Source: Lama glama
Lineage: Eukaryota
Assembly (NCBI GenBank): GCA_028534125.1
Contig: CM052840.1
Span: 29,822,001 to 29,886,000 of the forward strand
DNA length: 64,000 bases
Direction of reading: 5' to 3'
A model generated the notes under the pieces. It was not told where the DNA came from and ran no database searches. It was given only the letters and a program-made list of their open reading frames with translations. The translations under genes were made by a program, and so were the position numbers. Below, one piece after another: positions 48,111 through 60,040 of this stretch. The number at the start of each line of letters is the position of its first letter. Position 1 is the stretch's first letter.

Positions 48111-50356
48111 GCCACCTTTTCTGCCAGCTTTCTGGAGCTTTCGCCGACAGGTGACACCACAGGAGGTGACAGCGTGCAGTGTGCTGGTGTGATTCACGTC
48201 CCCGCTGCAGAACGACTAGACTCGAGGCCGCCTCGCACCTGCCACACTGGGCAGGGGACAGTGGACCGTGGGGTCTGCTGGTTCAGCCTGGGGTCGGGAG
48301 AGCCCTCCTGCAGGGGTGCAGTTCGGGGGGAGACCCTCGTGAATTGGGGGCAGCGTGCAGGTGCCGGCAGGTTTCCCACCCTGAGCAGGAGATCCGGGGC
48401 CAGACCAGGGCAGGTCTTTGCACTGAAGGTAGAACTGTGGTGTTGTGGCTTTTGCGTGAAGAGGCTTCCATGCTACGCGTGGGAAATCTGGTCCTCCCTG
48501 GATGAAGGTGGAGAATTCCTGGGTGGGCTGAGCCAACTCAGAGGGCCACAGGATTTGGAGATGGGACATGAGGGAGAATCATTTATGCATCTAAGGCTGG
48601 AAAGATTTCATCTCCCTCACTCCTGCTGCTGGCAGCCCCAGCTTCCACCCCTCTGACTTTCTGGGCCCCTTCAGTCGCCCACAGCAGATCTGCAGGGACT
48701 TGGAAACTCCTTGAGAACCCCCAGTTTCAGTGGAAGTGCTTTGCACATGTCCGGCCCTGGGCTTGCCTCCCCTCACTGGCCAGGAGCCATTCTGAGCAGG
48801 TCCAGGGGAGGGCGTCTGACTGAGAGCAGGATGGGCCAGGGTGGGGCCAGGGTTTACACCCTGATTACCCCAGGTCACCAGGGTCTGAGCACAATCGGGA
48901 ATCAGTGTGTGTGTCGGGGTACAGTCACCCGGCTCCCTGCCTGCCAGACGCTTGTCACGGCCCCGCTGGCCCCGCCGGCCGGGTTCCTGGCTCTACCTGT
49001 GGACTATTAAGTGTAATGACCTGTCATGTGGTGGAACCTAGTGTTTGCCAGACAGCCTGCTGCATCTCTGTAACTAAAGGGCCTCCCTCCGCGCAGCGCC
49101 TGCCCTGGTGTCGGACGGTCCTCCTGAACACTGCCAGGGCAAGGGGGGCTCTAAAAGGCTGAGAAGATGGCCTGGGTCATCCTGGGGGCTCAAGAGGGAC
49201 AAGGCAGCTGAGCCCTGCCCCACTCTGGCCAGAGCCAGAGACGCCGACTCTGGCCACAGGTCCAGAGGCCCCGAGAAGCAGCTCATTCCCACACGGGGCT
49301 GACACACTGGGTCCTAAAGCTCCGGACGCTGACACCTGCTCTGAGGCCCCTCGTAGGAGTGGTGGGGTCCTGCCCCATGGCATCGGGGGACTTGCTCTGA
49401 AAGCCCTCTGTGGCCCGTTCCCCGCCTCCGAGGCTCTGCTCCTGCCTGTCACCAGAACGCACCCCGTTGCCTGGGGGCTGGGCTCCGGACCTCTCCCGAG
49501 GACAGTCAGATTCGCTCCTGGGCCCTTGCATTTCCATCCTCCCTTTGCTCCGCCATCCACAGAGGTCACCGACACAGAAGACCTGTAGGGGGTCTTAGGG
49601 GTCAGTATCTCGTCCCGTCGCCTGGACACAACTGTGTCACACCTGCCTTCACAAACACCAGTCACCTGTCACCTGGAGACTTTTCTGTGGGACACGCTCC
49701 TGGGCCTGGAGTGACTAGGGTGAATCTTTCAGTTTAAAAGGGTTCTGTCACATTATGTCTAAAGGTTGTGCACATTTAAGTTCCACCAGCAGGTCATTAG
49801 AACGCTGCCTCCCCACACCCTGGCCAGCTGGGGCTGCCGCCACTCGTGGAAGTCATTTCCATTGTTTTCTGATAATACACGATATGTGCTCACTGTAAAT
49901 TAAAAAAATCAGGCCACGCAGGAAAGGGTAAGAGAAAATAAAGATCAGCTGTGTCCGCTGCCCACAGGTAAGGACTGTCCGTTTGTGCAGAAGGCGACGG
50001 CGAAGGCCACAGGTAGCCGAGGTAGTCACCTGAGAAACCTTCCTGAGTCCCTAGTGCTGGTGACGAGATGTTGACAACTGCCCCCTTCCCCCTCTGCCCC
50101 CTCCCCAGCCACTGATGTCTCCAGAGGCTTGAGACAGTTTCCTCAACCAGTGGGGACTGTTCGGAGGGAGCTGGTTCCAGGTGTCCCCTCAAAGCAGATC
50201 TGCAGGGAGGTGACGGAGGAGGGACAGTCCAGAAACGTGCTCCCCGGCGCTGGCACTGGACCTGGCAGATTGGAAAGCCCGTCTTTCCCGTGGGCCCCAG
50301 ACCCGAGCGTCCGTCTCTCGGGGCCCCTGCAATGACCGCACTGCCTTCCTTTCCAG

Positions 50357-50425
50357 AGACCTGAATTACAACAAGCTGTGGGAGTTTCCTGTGGCCATCC
50401 GGACGCTGGGCAGGCTGCAGGAACT
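50357..50425 (+). CDS. LGR6: LGR6 exon 7 (69 nt, DLNYNKLWEFPVAIRTLGRLQEL)
   Basis: cttcctttccag acceptor, gtaagc donor. Confidence 0.96.
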
Positions 50426-50702
50426 GTAAGCTCCCCATGCGGTTCTGGGGCGTCCTCTGTGCCCAAGGGCAGCCTGGGCCTCCCACGGCCTCACCCCGCC
50501 CTCCCCAAGGCTCACCCTCTCTCCTTCCCACGTGGCTGAGCAAATGAGGAAAGTCACAGGCAGGGTTGGACCCTGGAGTGTCCAGGCTGGCATCCCTGTG
50601 GTCCCACGGCCCTTTGCTTGGCTGTTGGAGAGCATCCATCATCCCGCGTCTGTCCTGCCCAACCGCCCTCCACCTCCTCCTGATCCATGTGTTGCCTTCC
50701 AG

Positions 50703-50774
50703 GGGTTTCCATGACAACAACATCAGAGCTATCCCAGAGGAGGCCTTCCTGGGGAACCCTCTGCTACAGACGAT
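50703..50774 (+). CDS. LGR6: LGR6 exon 8 (72 nt, [24 protein letters not shown])
   Basis: gccttccag acceptor, gtgagt donor. Confidence 0.96.
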
Positions 50775-50941
50775 GTGAGTCCCTCTTCTGGCAGTGTCTG
50801 GGGGGAGGACAGTGTTGGGAGGTAGGACTTGGGGGACTCCCCCACAGCTCTTCCCTGGTGTCCACGGTGGGGGAAGAGCAGGGACCTGCCTTGGTCCTAG
50901 CAGGGAGACTTGAATGAAGGAATTCGGCCTCTTTCTTCCAG

Positions 50942-51013
50942 ACATTTTTACGATAACCCAATCCAGTTCGTGGGGAGGTCGGCATTCCGGTACCTGCCCA
51001 GACTGCACACGCT
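50942..51013 (+). CDS. LGR6: LGR6 exon 9 (72 nt, [24 protein letters not shown])
   Basis: ctttcttccag acceptor, gtacgt donor. Confidence 0.95.
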
Positions 51014-51887
51014 GTACGTCAGCACCTCTGCCCCAGCCCTTCCCGCTGCCTCCCACCTCCTCCCTGCGGACCCCGGACCGCAGTCTCAGGGCCGCAAGCC
51101 TCCGCGTGGCCCAGGCCTAGTCCTGGGCCTGCCTGGGCTCACTGGCCTCCCCGACATCAGACCCCAGAGCCTCTGAGTCACGCGGCTGAAGGTCCACAGC
51201 CAGCATGGCTTCTCCGGGGACCCCGAGCCTGACCCTGAGGCCCTTGCTGCATGATGGGCCTTCCCTTCAGCCCGAAGGATCCCTGGTCTCCTCTCTCCAA
51301 CGGTTTTAATTCCCACTCCAAGTGCCACGTCTCCAGAAGACCCCCCCCGGGCGACACCCCGCCCTCGGCAGCACTGGCGCGGCTGAGACGTCAGGGCTCC
51401 TCCCGCACTCACGTGCTCCGCCCTGCACCGCGTGGGTGCGGCCAAGGCTCTCCTGCAGGGCAGGGACCAGGACCCCTCACCCGCGGGGTGGGCTCCTGCC
51501 GTGCGCAGGCCTTGTGGTCCCACCGAGACGGCGCGGCCGGAAGGGAGAAGCCGTCAGTCCCAGAGAACCTGCAGGGAATCCCTGAGCGGACCGTTCAGGG
51601 GAGACCCGCTCTCTGAGGAGCAGCTGGGCAACCAAACACTTTTTCAGAAGCCCTCAAGCCGCTGCCTTTTAAAGGGGCAATCCCCACGGTCTTGCCCGTG
51701 TTTGGGGCCCCCGGGGTCTGCCGGGCTTGGCAGAACTGGCTTAGGGAAATGGCAGTGTGGAGCTGGGCCTGAGCAGCTGGGTCACTGGAGGGAGGTGGGG
51801 GAGGATGGCGTTCCCCAGGAGTGGAGTCCCTGCAGGGAGGTCCCCAGGGCTGACCCCACCCTCTGAGCTCTGTGTCTTCGTTTCCAG

Positions 51888-51956
51888 GTCCCTGAATGGC
51901 GCCACGAACATCCAGGAGTTCCCGGATCTCAAAGGCACCACCAGCCTGGAGATCCT
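51888..51956 (+). CDS. LGR6: LGR6 exon 10 (69 nt, [23 protein letters not shown])
   Basis: cttcgtttccag acceptor, gtgagt donor. Confidence 0.96.
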
Positions 51957-53035
51957 GTGAGTGGACACTCTTGCCCCCATCTCGTCTGGCCCCGTTGCCC
52001 TCGGGAGCCCTAGACTCTCTGCTCCCCACACCGGGCCTTTTGCTGTTGGCTCCAGCCTGGCCCCAGGGGCCTACAGCCGCCTCCTGACCTGGCTCTGCTA
52101 CAGGCCAGGCCGGAGTGGCCAGTGGTTCAGGGGTGAGGATGCTGGTCCTCCCTGCTTTTCCATCCTTGGACTTCTCAGGCATGACCTCAGAGCTCCCCAC
52201 CCCAAGCCGTGGTGCACTGAGGACCCTCGAGGGGCGGGAGTCTGTGACACCCACCTCCTTCTCTGCTCTGAAGCTGGATTCCAACAAAGACTTTCTCGCA
52301 GTTTCCACTTTCTGTCTGGTAGAGCAGGGGAGGGCGTCCGAGCACAGTAGGCCCTCAGAACACTTTGAGAAGATGGGCAGGACAGCCGTGCAAATGCCCA
52401 GAGTGAGCGTCAGGAGGTCGGCTGTGTCCCCACCTCGCTGGGCCGCGGGGACTGGAGCTCCCTTTGTGCCCCTATTGTCTGCCCCAGTGGACTCGCAAGC
52501 ATCTGAAAAATTTTCTATGAGGGAAGTAACAGTTCCCCCAGGACGACCTTGGCCTTGGGGCTCTCCTGGGACACCCTGTCCCTAAGGCCGGCTGCTGTCC
52601 AACCTGCCCACAGCCTGCTCACCCGCACCGCGCCCCCAGGCACAGGGAGCAAGCTTTCGGCTTGCTTCCCACAGCTCCCTTGGTGATGGTTTTTCTGTCC
52701 ACTCCCCGTCCGTGGCCACCCCTCCTCTCTGTGGGGAGCAGAGAAGAATCTGGGCCCTGTGTGGCTGGAGACACTGGGAGACATGGGAGGGACCTGATGG
52801 GGTCAGGAAGGGGCTGCCTGCAGGACCATCTGCCAGGCAGAGCCCCAGCTGTGCCCCTAGTCTGCCCAACCCGCACCTACGCTGGTCCCAGGGAGGCGCC
52901 TTCTCTCCTCACCCCACCCCGCCCTGGCCCCCCACCTCTCTTTGGTCAGCTCCCAGGTCAGCGTCAGGCCCCAGCAGAGGGACAGCTGGGCCTGGGCCTG
53001 GGCCTGGCACAGCTCCGCCTCCATTCTCCCTGCAG

Positions 53036-53107
53036 GACCCTGACCCATGCGGGCATCCAGCAGCTCCCCCTGGGGGTGTGCCAGCAGCTGCCCAGGCTCC
53101 GAGTCCT
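53036..53107 (+). CDS. LGR6: LGR6 exon 11 (72 nt, TLTHAGIQQLPLGVCQQLPRLRVL)
   Basis: tctccctgcag acceptor, gtgagt donor. Confidence 0.96.
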
Positions 53108-53239
53108 GTGAGTTCCCCACGCATCCTCCAGTCTGGGCTGGGCCCTTCCCACCTCTGGCCCCTTGGTCACCCTTCCTGGAGGGTGGACAGCTTGGGCCCT
53201 CGTCTCTCGTTCAGGGAAAAGGATGTGGTCTCCTGGGTC

Positions 53240-53390
53240 GGGCTGGGGTTGGAGCCCAGCTCTGCCGCTCACTGGCGTTGGCACCCGGGCTCACGCTTCA
53301 GTGTCTCGCAGCTTCAGCTGTTTTGTCTGTGATACGTTTATGAGGGTTGAAAGAATACATGTAAAGCACCCAGCACACAGTGGGCCCTCC
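53240..53390 (+). mobile_element. MIR SINE remnant
   Basis: GAGCCCAGCTCTGCCGCTCACTGG...TGAGGGTTGAAAGAATACATGTAAAGCACCCAGCACA. Confidence 0.6.
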
Positions 53391-53927
53391 GAAAGGGGCT
53401 CCGGTAAGGCACCCAAGCCTACCTGGGAGGTCTGGCCTGCTGGGGCCGCGGAGGCATCTGCGTGTCTTGTGCCGTCAGGCAGCAGCCTCCCCCCAAGTCT
53501 GCCTGGACACTGAGGCTGCTCACCACGCACCACAGCCCACGGCAAGACGGGGCGCCCAACACGGGCCGGCGCCAGGTGTGTCCAGGGATGGAGCTCTGGG
53601 CTGGCCGTGCCACTGACAGGCAGCGTGTCCCTGGGCAGGCCCTGCCCTCTCTGTGTGCCTCAGTCTGACGAGGGTCTGGGCCAGGTGACCCTGGGGGCCC
53701 GGCTCATCGTCCTGACGTGTGTGTCCCCTCTGGGGCCGTTCCTCGCCTGCACGCCCCTCGCTTCCTGCTCCCCGCCCCCAGGACCTCCCAGGGCCCTGCA
53801 GTGGGGAGGCACCTGGGGTGGGCGGAGGCTGAAGGGGGTCCACTGAGGAAACGTTCCCTGGCTGAGGCGTGTCCGCAGCCGGGTCCAGGGACCCCAGCTC
53901 ACCCTGGCCTGGTCTCCCTCTCCCCAG

Positions 53928-53993
53928 GGAGCTGTCCCACAATCAGATACAGGAGCTGCCCAGCCTGCGCGGGTGTCGGAGGCTGGAGGAAGT
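53928..53993 (+). CDS. LGR6: LGR6 exon 12 (66 nt, ELSHNQIQELPSLRGCRRLEEV)
   Basis: ctctccccag acceptor, gtgagt donor at 53994. Confidence 0.95.
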
Positions 53994-54783
53994 GTGAGTC
54001 TGGGCGCGGTCGACCTCTCTCCCTCCGTCCCCGGGTTCGCTGAGCCCCGAGATTAGGAGGGATGTCACAGATGACAGTCCAGGAGCCGGTGCCCAGAAGG
54101 TGGCTCCTCGGGGGTCAGCGCAGCACACGATGGGCAGTGGCTCGGGGCAGGTGGGCTGGGCACGGGGTGGCCTCGGGGCCAGAGGTGCGGTTTCCCATAA
54201 ACACGCACGTGCACGCATACCCAGGGTGGGTGGGGCCTGAACGGAAGCTTCAGCAGGGACCTGGAGCTCTTCACAAATTCCCTAGGCTTCGCTCACCAGG
54301 GCCTCCTGCCCTCTGTGTCTGTGCCCTGTTCCCGGGCAGCGCAGGGGAGAGGCGGGGGCCTGTCCTGCTTGTCTCGGTGCCGGAGGAAGGAGGGCCTTCA
54401 CTGTTGCCGAGGCCCAGGGTCCGCCTTTCACTCAGACGCCAGTCCACTGAGCTCTGCTTCCCAGCCTGGGCCACCGGGGGCTGGGCCGTGGCCTGCTGCC
54501 GGGCTAGGGTCTGAGGGTGAGGTCAGCTGGGCTGGGAGCCAGGCCCGGTGGGAACCCTGGAAACTGACCCCTTCTGGGGCCACAGGGACGGCTTTGTGGC
54601 TTCGTGGCTTCGTCTGCAGACCCATTTCCCCAAGCCACCCGATCCCTGGGCTCTGTTTGACTCTGAAGACTTCCTCGGGCTGGGCTCTTCCCACGCCAGG
54701 AGGAGTGGGGGCCTCTCCTCTCCTCCTCCCAGTACGGAGGGGTCTGGGCCTGTGGGCTCATCCAGCCTCTCTTGCTGCCCTAG

Positions 54784-54855
54784 TGGCCTCCGGCACAACC
54801 GCCTCTGGGAGATTGGAGCCGACACCTTCAGCCAGCTGACCTCCCTGCGTGCCCT
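54784..54855 (+). CDS. LGR6: LGR6 exon 13 (72 nt, GLRHNRLWEIGADTFSQLTSLRAL)
   Basis: gctgccctag acceptor, gtgagt donor. Confidence 0.96.
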
Positions 54856-55215
54856 GTGAGTGCCGGGGGTAGGCCTCCCCTCCCTGCCTGGCCGTACCCC
54901 GTGAGGACCCCCAGCACCCAGGGGTTGGTGGCCTGCATGCAGGCTCTGCACCCCTGACCCCTGTGCACGTGGGAGGAACTGCCTCCCCACCACACGGCTT
55001 CTCGGGCCACTTCTCCTGCTGCTGGCAGAAGGGGGCCATGCAGCTCTGAGGCCAGGCCCCCTTTCGGGGGCCACAGCCAAGTCGGGAGCTGGCCAGCGGG
55101 TGCCTCCCCTTCCTTCAAGGCTGAGGGTCCTGCTCCAGGGGTGGCTCAGGTGGGGGCAGATGAGGGGGAACCTGGGACATCACTGTCCCCTCCTGTCCAT
55201 CCTCTCTGCCCATAG

Positions 55216-55287
55216 GGACCTGAGCTGGAATGCCATCCGGTCCATTCACCCTGAGGCCTTTGCGACCCTGCGCTCCCTGGTCAAGCT
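55216..55287 (+). CDS. LGR6: LGR6 exon 14 (72 nt, [24 protein letters not shown])
   Basis: ctgcccatag acceptor, gtgagt donor. Confidence 0.96.
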
Positions 55288-56584
55288 GTGAGTGCCCGCT
55301 GCCCTCTCCTCCTGGGTGCTGAGGCCAGCCAGGACTGTGGGCTGGCCCGTGGGGGCAGGAGGGCCTAGCCCGGGGCGGGACATGCACACCTGTTACTGCA
55401 TGTCCTGGGGCATGGGCTCTGGCCAACCAGTCATTCCCAGCCCATCTGACCGACTGTGGGGCCCGATAAATGGAGAGCCTGCCTCCTGCAAGCCCCACAG
55501 CGTCCCCGCACAGCCTCAGCCCCCAGCACCACTGGCCGGGTGGGGATGGGGTGGCTGCAGATGTGGGGGCGGGGGCTCAGCGGGCCCCTGCGTGAGCATC
55601 ACCCCAGGGGCTGCCATTCTGTAGGGCAGCATCATGGGTCCCCAGAGTCACACAGGACGTAGCAGAGAGTGTGTCAGGCCCACGGCGCGGTCACCAGGTT
55701 GGAGCTGGAAGGGCCCCTGACGGTGAGCTTCTTCACTGAGTGAAGGGTGGCCTCCCCAAGCGTCCTAGAGGCACGTCTAGCAGGCAGGGCCCTTTCTGAC
55801 TGGCGCCAGCCTGGCCACAGGGACCAGGCGGCCCCACCCCTCACGTCGCAGGTGAGGCAGCAGACCCCCTGTGGTCTCGCGCAGCTCCTACCTCCATCGT
55901 CCCACCCCTGTCTGCTCTCCACCTGTCGATAGGTCGGGTGGGCATTTCTGTCCCTTTGAAAGATGAAGATGCTGAGGCTCAGGCAGGCTTGTGACTCCCT
56001 CGGTGACATGGGAGCTGGCGACGGTGCCAGGCCTCTTGCTGTCCAGCCCAGGCTCTTCTGTGATGCCCAGTCTGTGGTCCTGGTGTTTGGTCTGGAGCCC
56101 CAGCTTCCTCTATTGCTTCTCTGGTGGGAGGCTGGGCACATCCTCACCTCTGGCCATGATGCCGGCCCTGAAATGGAACAGGTGACCAAAGTCCCACATG
56201 TGGCCAGTCCCCAACTGTGTCCTCTGTGTCATCAGAAGGGCAGGAGGGGGGAGCACACAGCAGGCAGAGGCCCTGGTTGGGGGACCGGGACACAGACGGG
56301 ATGTGGACTGGGATGGCGGCTGTGGTCTCGGGGCTATGTTACCCATGAGCTGGGACCTGGGCTGGCTTGGCGGTACCTTGAACGGCCCCGGCATGCAGTC
56401 AGCACCTGGAATCTGGCAGGTGAACAGAGGGGTTGGGATGGTGCCTCTGGTCGCCCTGGCTGCCTCCTCCCCAGCGTCCCTGCTCCTCTCTGCTGGTCCT
56501 CTGTCCTTCCCTCCTCTCTTCAGGACAGCCCTGCTCCCAGCAACCCCACTGACCATCACTAACCCTGACCATCTGTCGTCCTAG

Positions 56585-56710
56585 GGACCTGACGGACAAC
56601 CAGCTGACCACACTCCCCCTGGCTGGACTCGGGGGCCTGGTGCACCTGAAGCTCAAAGGGAACCCGGCTCTGTCCCAGGCCTTCTCCAAGGACAGTTTCC
56701 CCAAACTGAG
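56585..56710 (+). CDS. LGR6: LGR6 exon 15 (126 nt, [42 protein letters not shown])
   Basis: gtcgtcctag acceptor, gtgagg donor. Confidence 0.96.
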
Positions 56711-57011
56711 GTGAGGTTACCCATCCCCACACCTACAGAGGCTCACCCCAGGGCAGCTGGCCCAGCCAGGGAGGGACAGGAGAAATTCTGGTGGCCCAGA
56801 GTCTGGCCGAGACTGGGGGGAAGGGCTCCCCTTCCCCTCATCTCCTCAGTAGCATGTCCCTGGCACAACCCCAGCCCTGGGGGGACCCTGGACCCCTTTG
56901 AAGACAGAGGTCAGATGATGGGAAGGCCCCATGCCCACTGGGGCAGCGTCCAGGGCTGAGCCCAGGCTGATTGGCAGGAAGCAACTGTGTGGCCAGTCCT
57001 GGAGCCAGCGC

Positions 57012-57215
57012 CCCCTCCCCGGCTTCCTGCCACCCACCCACCACCTCCTGCCCCCACCCCTGCCTCCTGCCCTCCACCTCCTCTTGCTCCCTCCTCTCGA
57101 CCTCCTGCCCCCTCACCTCCTGCCCACCCCCACCCTCAGCCTCCTGCCCCCCAACCCCCGGCCTCCTGCCCCGCTCCCACCTCCTGCCCCGCAGGCCTCC
57201 TGCCCCTGGCTTCCT
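57012..57215 (+). repeat. C-rich irregular array of CCTCCTGCCC (8 perfect copies)
   Basis: copies at 57044, 57063, 57101, 57116, 57140, 57162, 57180, 57196. Confidence 0.88.
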
Positions 57216-57659
57216 GCAGCCTGTGGGTACCTACTCCACCTGCTGAGGACCCGGCCTGAACCACGGGCACCGAACCCAGCTCCCACGTGCCCAGGGTGGG
57301 GCGGGCACAGGGCCGTGTCTCACCGGGGCAAAGGTGAAGAGTTGCCAGCAGAAGCCCTGCCTCCTTAGACGTGAACTGGGAGCTGCTGCCCGGGGTGGGG
57401 CGGGGGGTCAGAGCACTGGGTGCTGTGTGACCGTGAATGAGCTGCTCCCCACTCTGAGCCTGCTGGGGTCTCAGAGGGTCCATGCACCTGCCATCTCAGT
57501 TCTCAGATGAGGGAGGAGGCCGGAGCCAGCCGCCAGGCCCGTGGGAAGGAAGCCTGGGAGGCTGCCCACACCGTCATCAGGGCGCCTTGGGGCCGGAGGG
57601 TGGGTGCGGGGGCCGGGCCCTCAACATCCCCGAGGCAGCCGTCTCACCCCATCCCCCAG

Positions 57660-57817
57660 GACCCTGGAGGTGCCCTATGCCTACCAGTGCTGTACCTATG
57701 GCGTCTGTGCCGGCGTCAAGGCCTCTGAGCAGTGGGAGCCCCAGGACTTCCAGCCTGAGGACTGGGAGGCTCCGAAGAGGCCCCTGGGCCTCCTTGCTGG
57801 ACGACCCGAGAGCCACT
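57660..57817 (+). CDS. LGR6: LGR6 exon 16 (158 nt, LRRCT/hinge: [26 protein letters not shown]...RPESH)
   Basis: atcccccag acceptor, gtgagt donor, PYAYQCC motif of LGR4/5/6. Confidence 0.96.
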
Positions 57818-59939
57818 GTGAGTGACCAAGGAGGGGTCGGGAGGGAGAGGATAGAGGGACCCCAGGGGGAGCCACAGCAGCTGCAGAGGGGAGGGAATTG
57901 CCCCTGTTTGCACCTGTCTCCCAGGCTGGGGAGGAAGCGGCAGTGCCCATCTGGAAGGCAGAGTCCCGAGGCTGCCCATGCCACGTCTTGTGTGCCAGCT
58001 GGACCCTCGTGGCTCACAGCCCCTGCCCCACGGGCCCCACCACGCAGACCCTCCTCACCACGCGGGCCCTGCCACGTGGCATGGGTGGGCATAGAGGACA
58101 CAGCCATTTTCTACTCAGGGTTAGACTACATCAGTTACACTAAGCTGCTTCCAGAAAAGCCCCCTCACGCCCTGCCCAGCGTTGGCTGAGCAGCACAGGG
58201 GTCACCGCTGCCCCTGCAGCCACCTGGTGAGTCTCCCGGAGACTCCAGAGGCCCCAGGCGCGCCGGGCCAGCACAGCACTGCCGTCTTGGGCCACGTGGG
58301 CGCCTGCTCAGGAGGAGAGGGGCAGAGGCACAAAGGCTGGAGACAGGTGGCCTAGGGGCTTCTGAGGGACCCTCTCCCTGCTGGTCTCAGACGGAGGGAG
58401 AGAGACGGGCTTCCGCGCCTTGCCTGGTGGTGCCGAGCCTGGGGGGCGGGGGCTGACCCCGGCGTCTGTCTCAGTCTCTGACTCCCTCTCCAATACATCT
58501 GTGGAGAAGATGAACAGAAAATCGAGCCCCAAATGTGTACGGGGAACACTCACGGCGGTACGGACAGACCTGGGCTCCACCTGGACTAGACCGTCCACGG
58601 GTCCCTCTCCTCGTCTGAGAAGCGAGTGGGACATTCACGTCTCCCGGGCTGGGATCCTCAGAGGGGAGCGTGTGCGCCCTGTCCACGGTCACTGCTGAGG
58701 GCTGGGTGCCCTCGCTTGTCCGCATGCCAGAGGGGTAGCCGGGCGTCCAGGAGGCCGGCATCGGGCGGTGCTGAGGTGAGCCAGATCCCCTCCAGAGAGG
58801 GGTGAGGCCCCGCGGGCACCCTGGGCTGCAGGCGCTGTGCCCGGGACACTCCCAGTCGCCTGCTCTTTCCTCTCCAGAAGCTGGAAGAAGGAATGGAAAC
58901 TTCCTTCCTCAAGGGGAAAGTTTCCACCAGGCTTACGTCTTAGGGAGCCACGGGGCGTCGGGGTTGCAGGCTGCCTGCCACCGGAAATGGGAGCTGGCAG
59001 GGCCCCCACTTCCTGGGGCAGCTAATTGCCCGGGGACGGGGCCAGGGCCTGGCTGGCAGCCAGATCCCACTTCCTCCTCCTTTGAAGGGTGGTTACTTAA
59101 CACCGCGGCTGACTTTCCAGCCTCAGATGGAGCCCATGGGTTCCACCTCTTGCATTTCATTCACGCATTCTGACTTCAAAGCATTGCTGAGCCTGGTTCT
59201 GGAGAGCAGGGGTGGGCAGAGCATGGCGGCAGAGAGGATGAAGCACCAGGCGGTGGGCACGCCCAGGCCTCCTGCCCACCCCTGGGCAGCTCCACGGAGC
59301 CGTCCTGCCTCCTGGGAAAATTCCCAAATCAAGTGTTGACGCTTCAGGTGGGAGGAAGGCTCCACACAGGAAGTGAGTGAGCCAACAGGGGGGACGAGTG
59401 TGGCCTCGCCTGCCCGGCCTGCACCGCGGGGCACAGCTCCTGACCCTGTGCCGTGTGCAGGCGCCCCTTCCAGCAGAAGCAATCCTGCCCCGCCTTTCCC
59501 AGTGCGACTTGAGAAACCAAGTTCTCATTCTTAAAAAAGTCTTCCAATGATGAATTATCACTGTGAAAGAGTTCTGTCTTTATAAGCTATAAAATGGTTT
59601 CAATGATCATTTTTTATTTCAAGATTCCTATAGAATTTACTGCTTCCTGAGATGTCCACCCCCTCCCCCCGCCCCAGGGTGGTTTAAGAAACAGAGCAAG
59701 AGTGAATAAGAAAAAACCCATTTGATACAAACATGTTACAGAGATTCTTTCTAATCCTACTTTCTCAGACTAACAGAATGGCAGCGCCTAGACTTAGACT
59801 CAGCGTAGCAGTGCCCTTTCTCACAGCAGGAACTCTGCACAGCTCTGGCATCTGCAAAGCTCCCCCCACTGCCTCCCCGCGGCCCCCCCCAAATCAGCCC
59901 CTCACCTGGGAAAGCGTCACGGTTGCACAGCCAGGCTCT

Positions 59940-60040
59940 GTGGCCAGAGGCTGGGTGTGAATTCTGCCCTGTCGCTCACTGCTGTGGGGCCCAGGGCAAG
60001 GCCTTAACTTTAAGGAGCCCCAGTTTCCTCACCTGTCAAG
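59940..60040 (+). mobile_element. MIR SINE remnant
   Basis: GGGTGTGAATTCTGCCCTGTCGCTCACTGCTGTG...GGCAAGGCCTTAAC...CCCCAGTTTCCTCACCTGTCAA. Confidence 0.65.

Noticed and set aside
49890-51056. 388-aa antisense ORF over exons 7-9
   Set aside because: No recognisable domain; chance ORF in GC-rich sequence.
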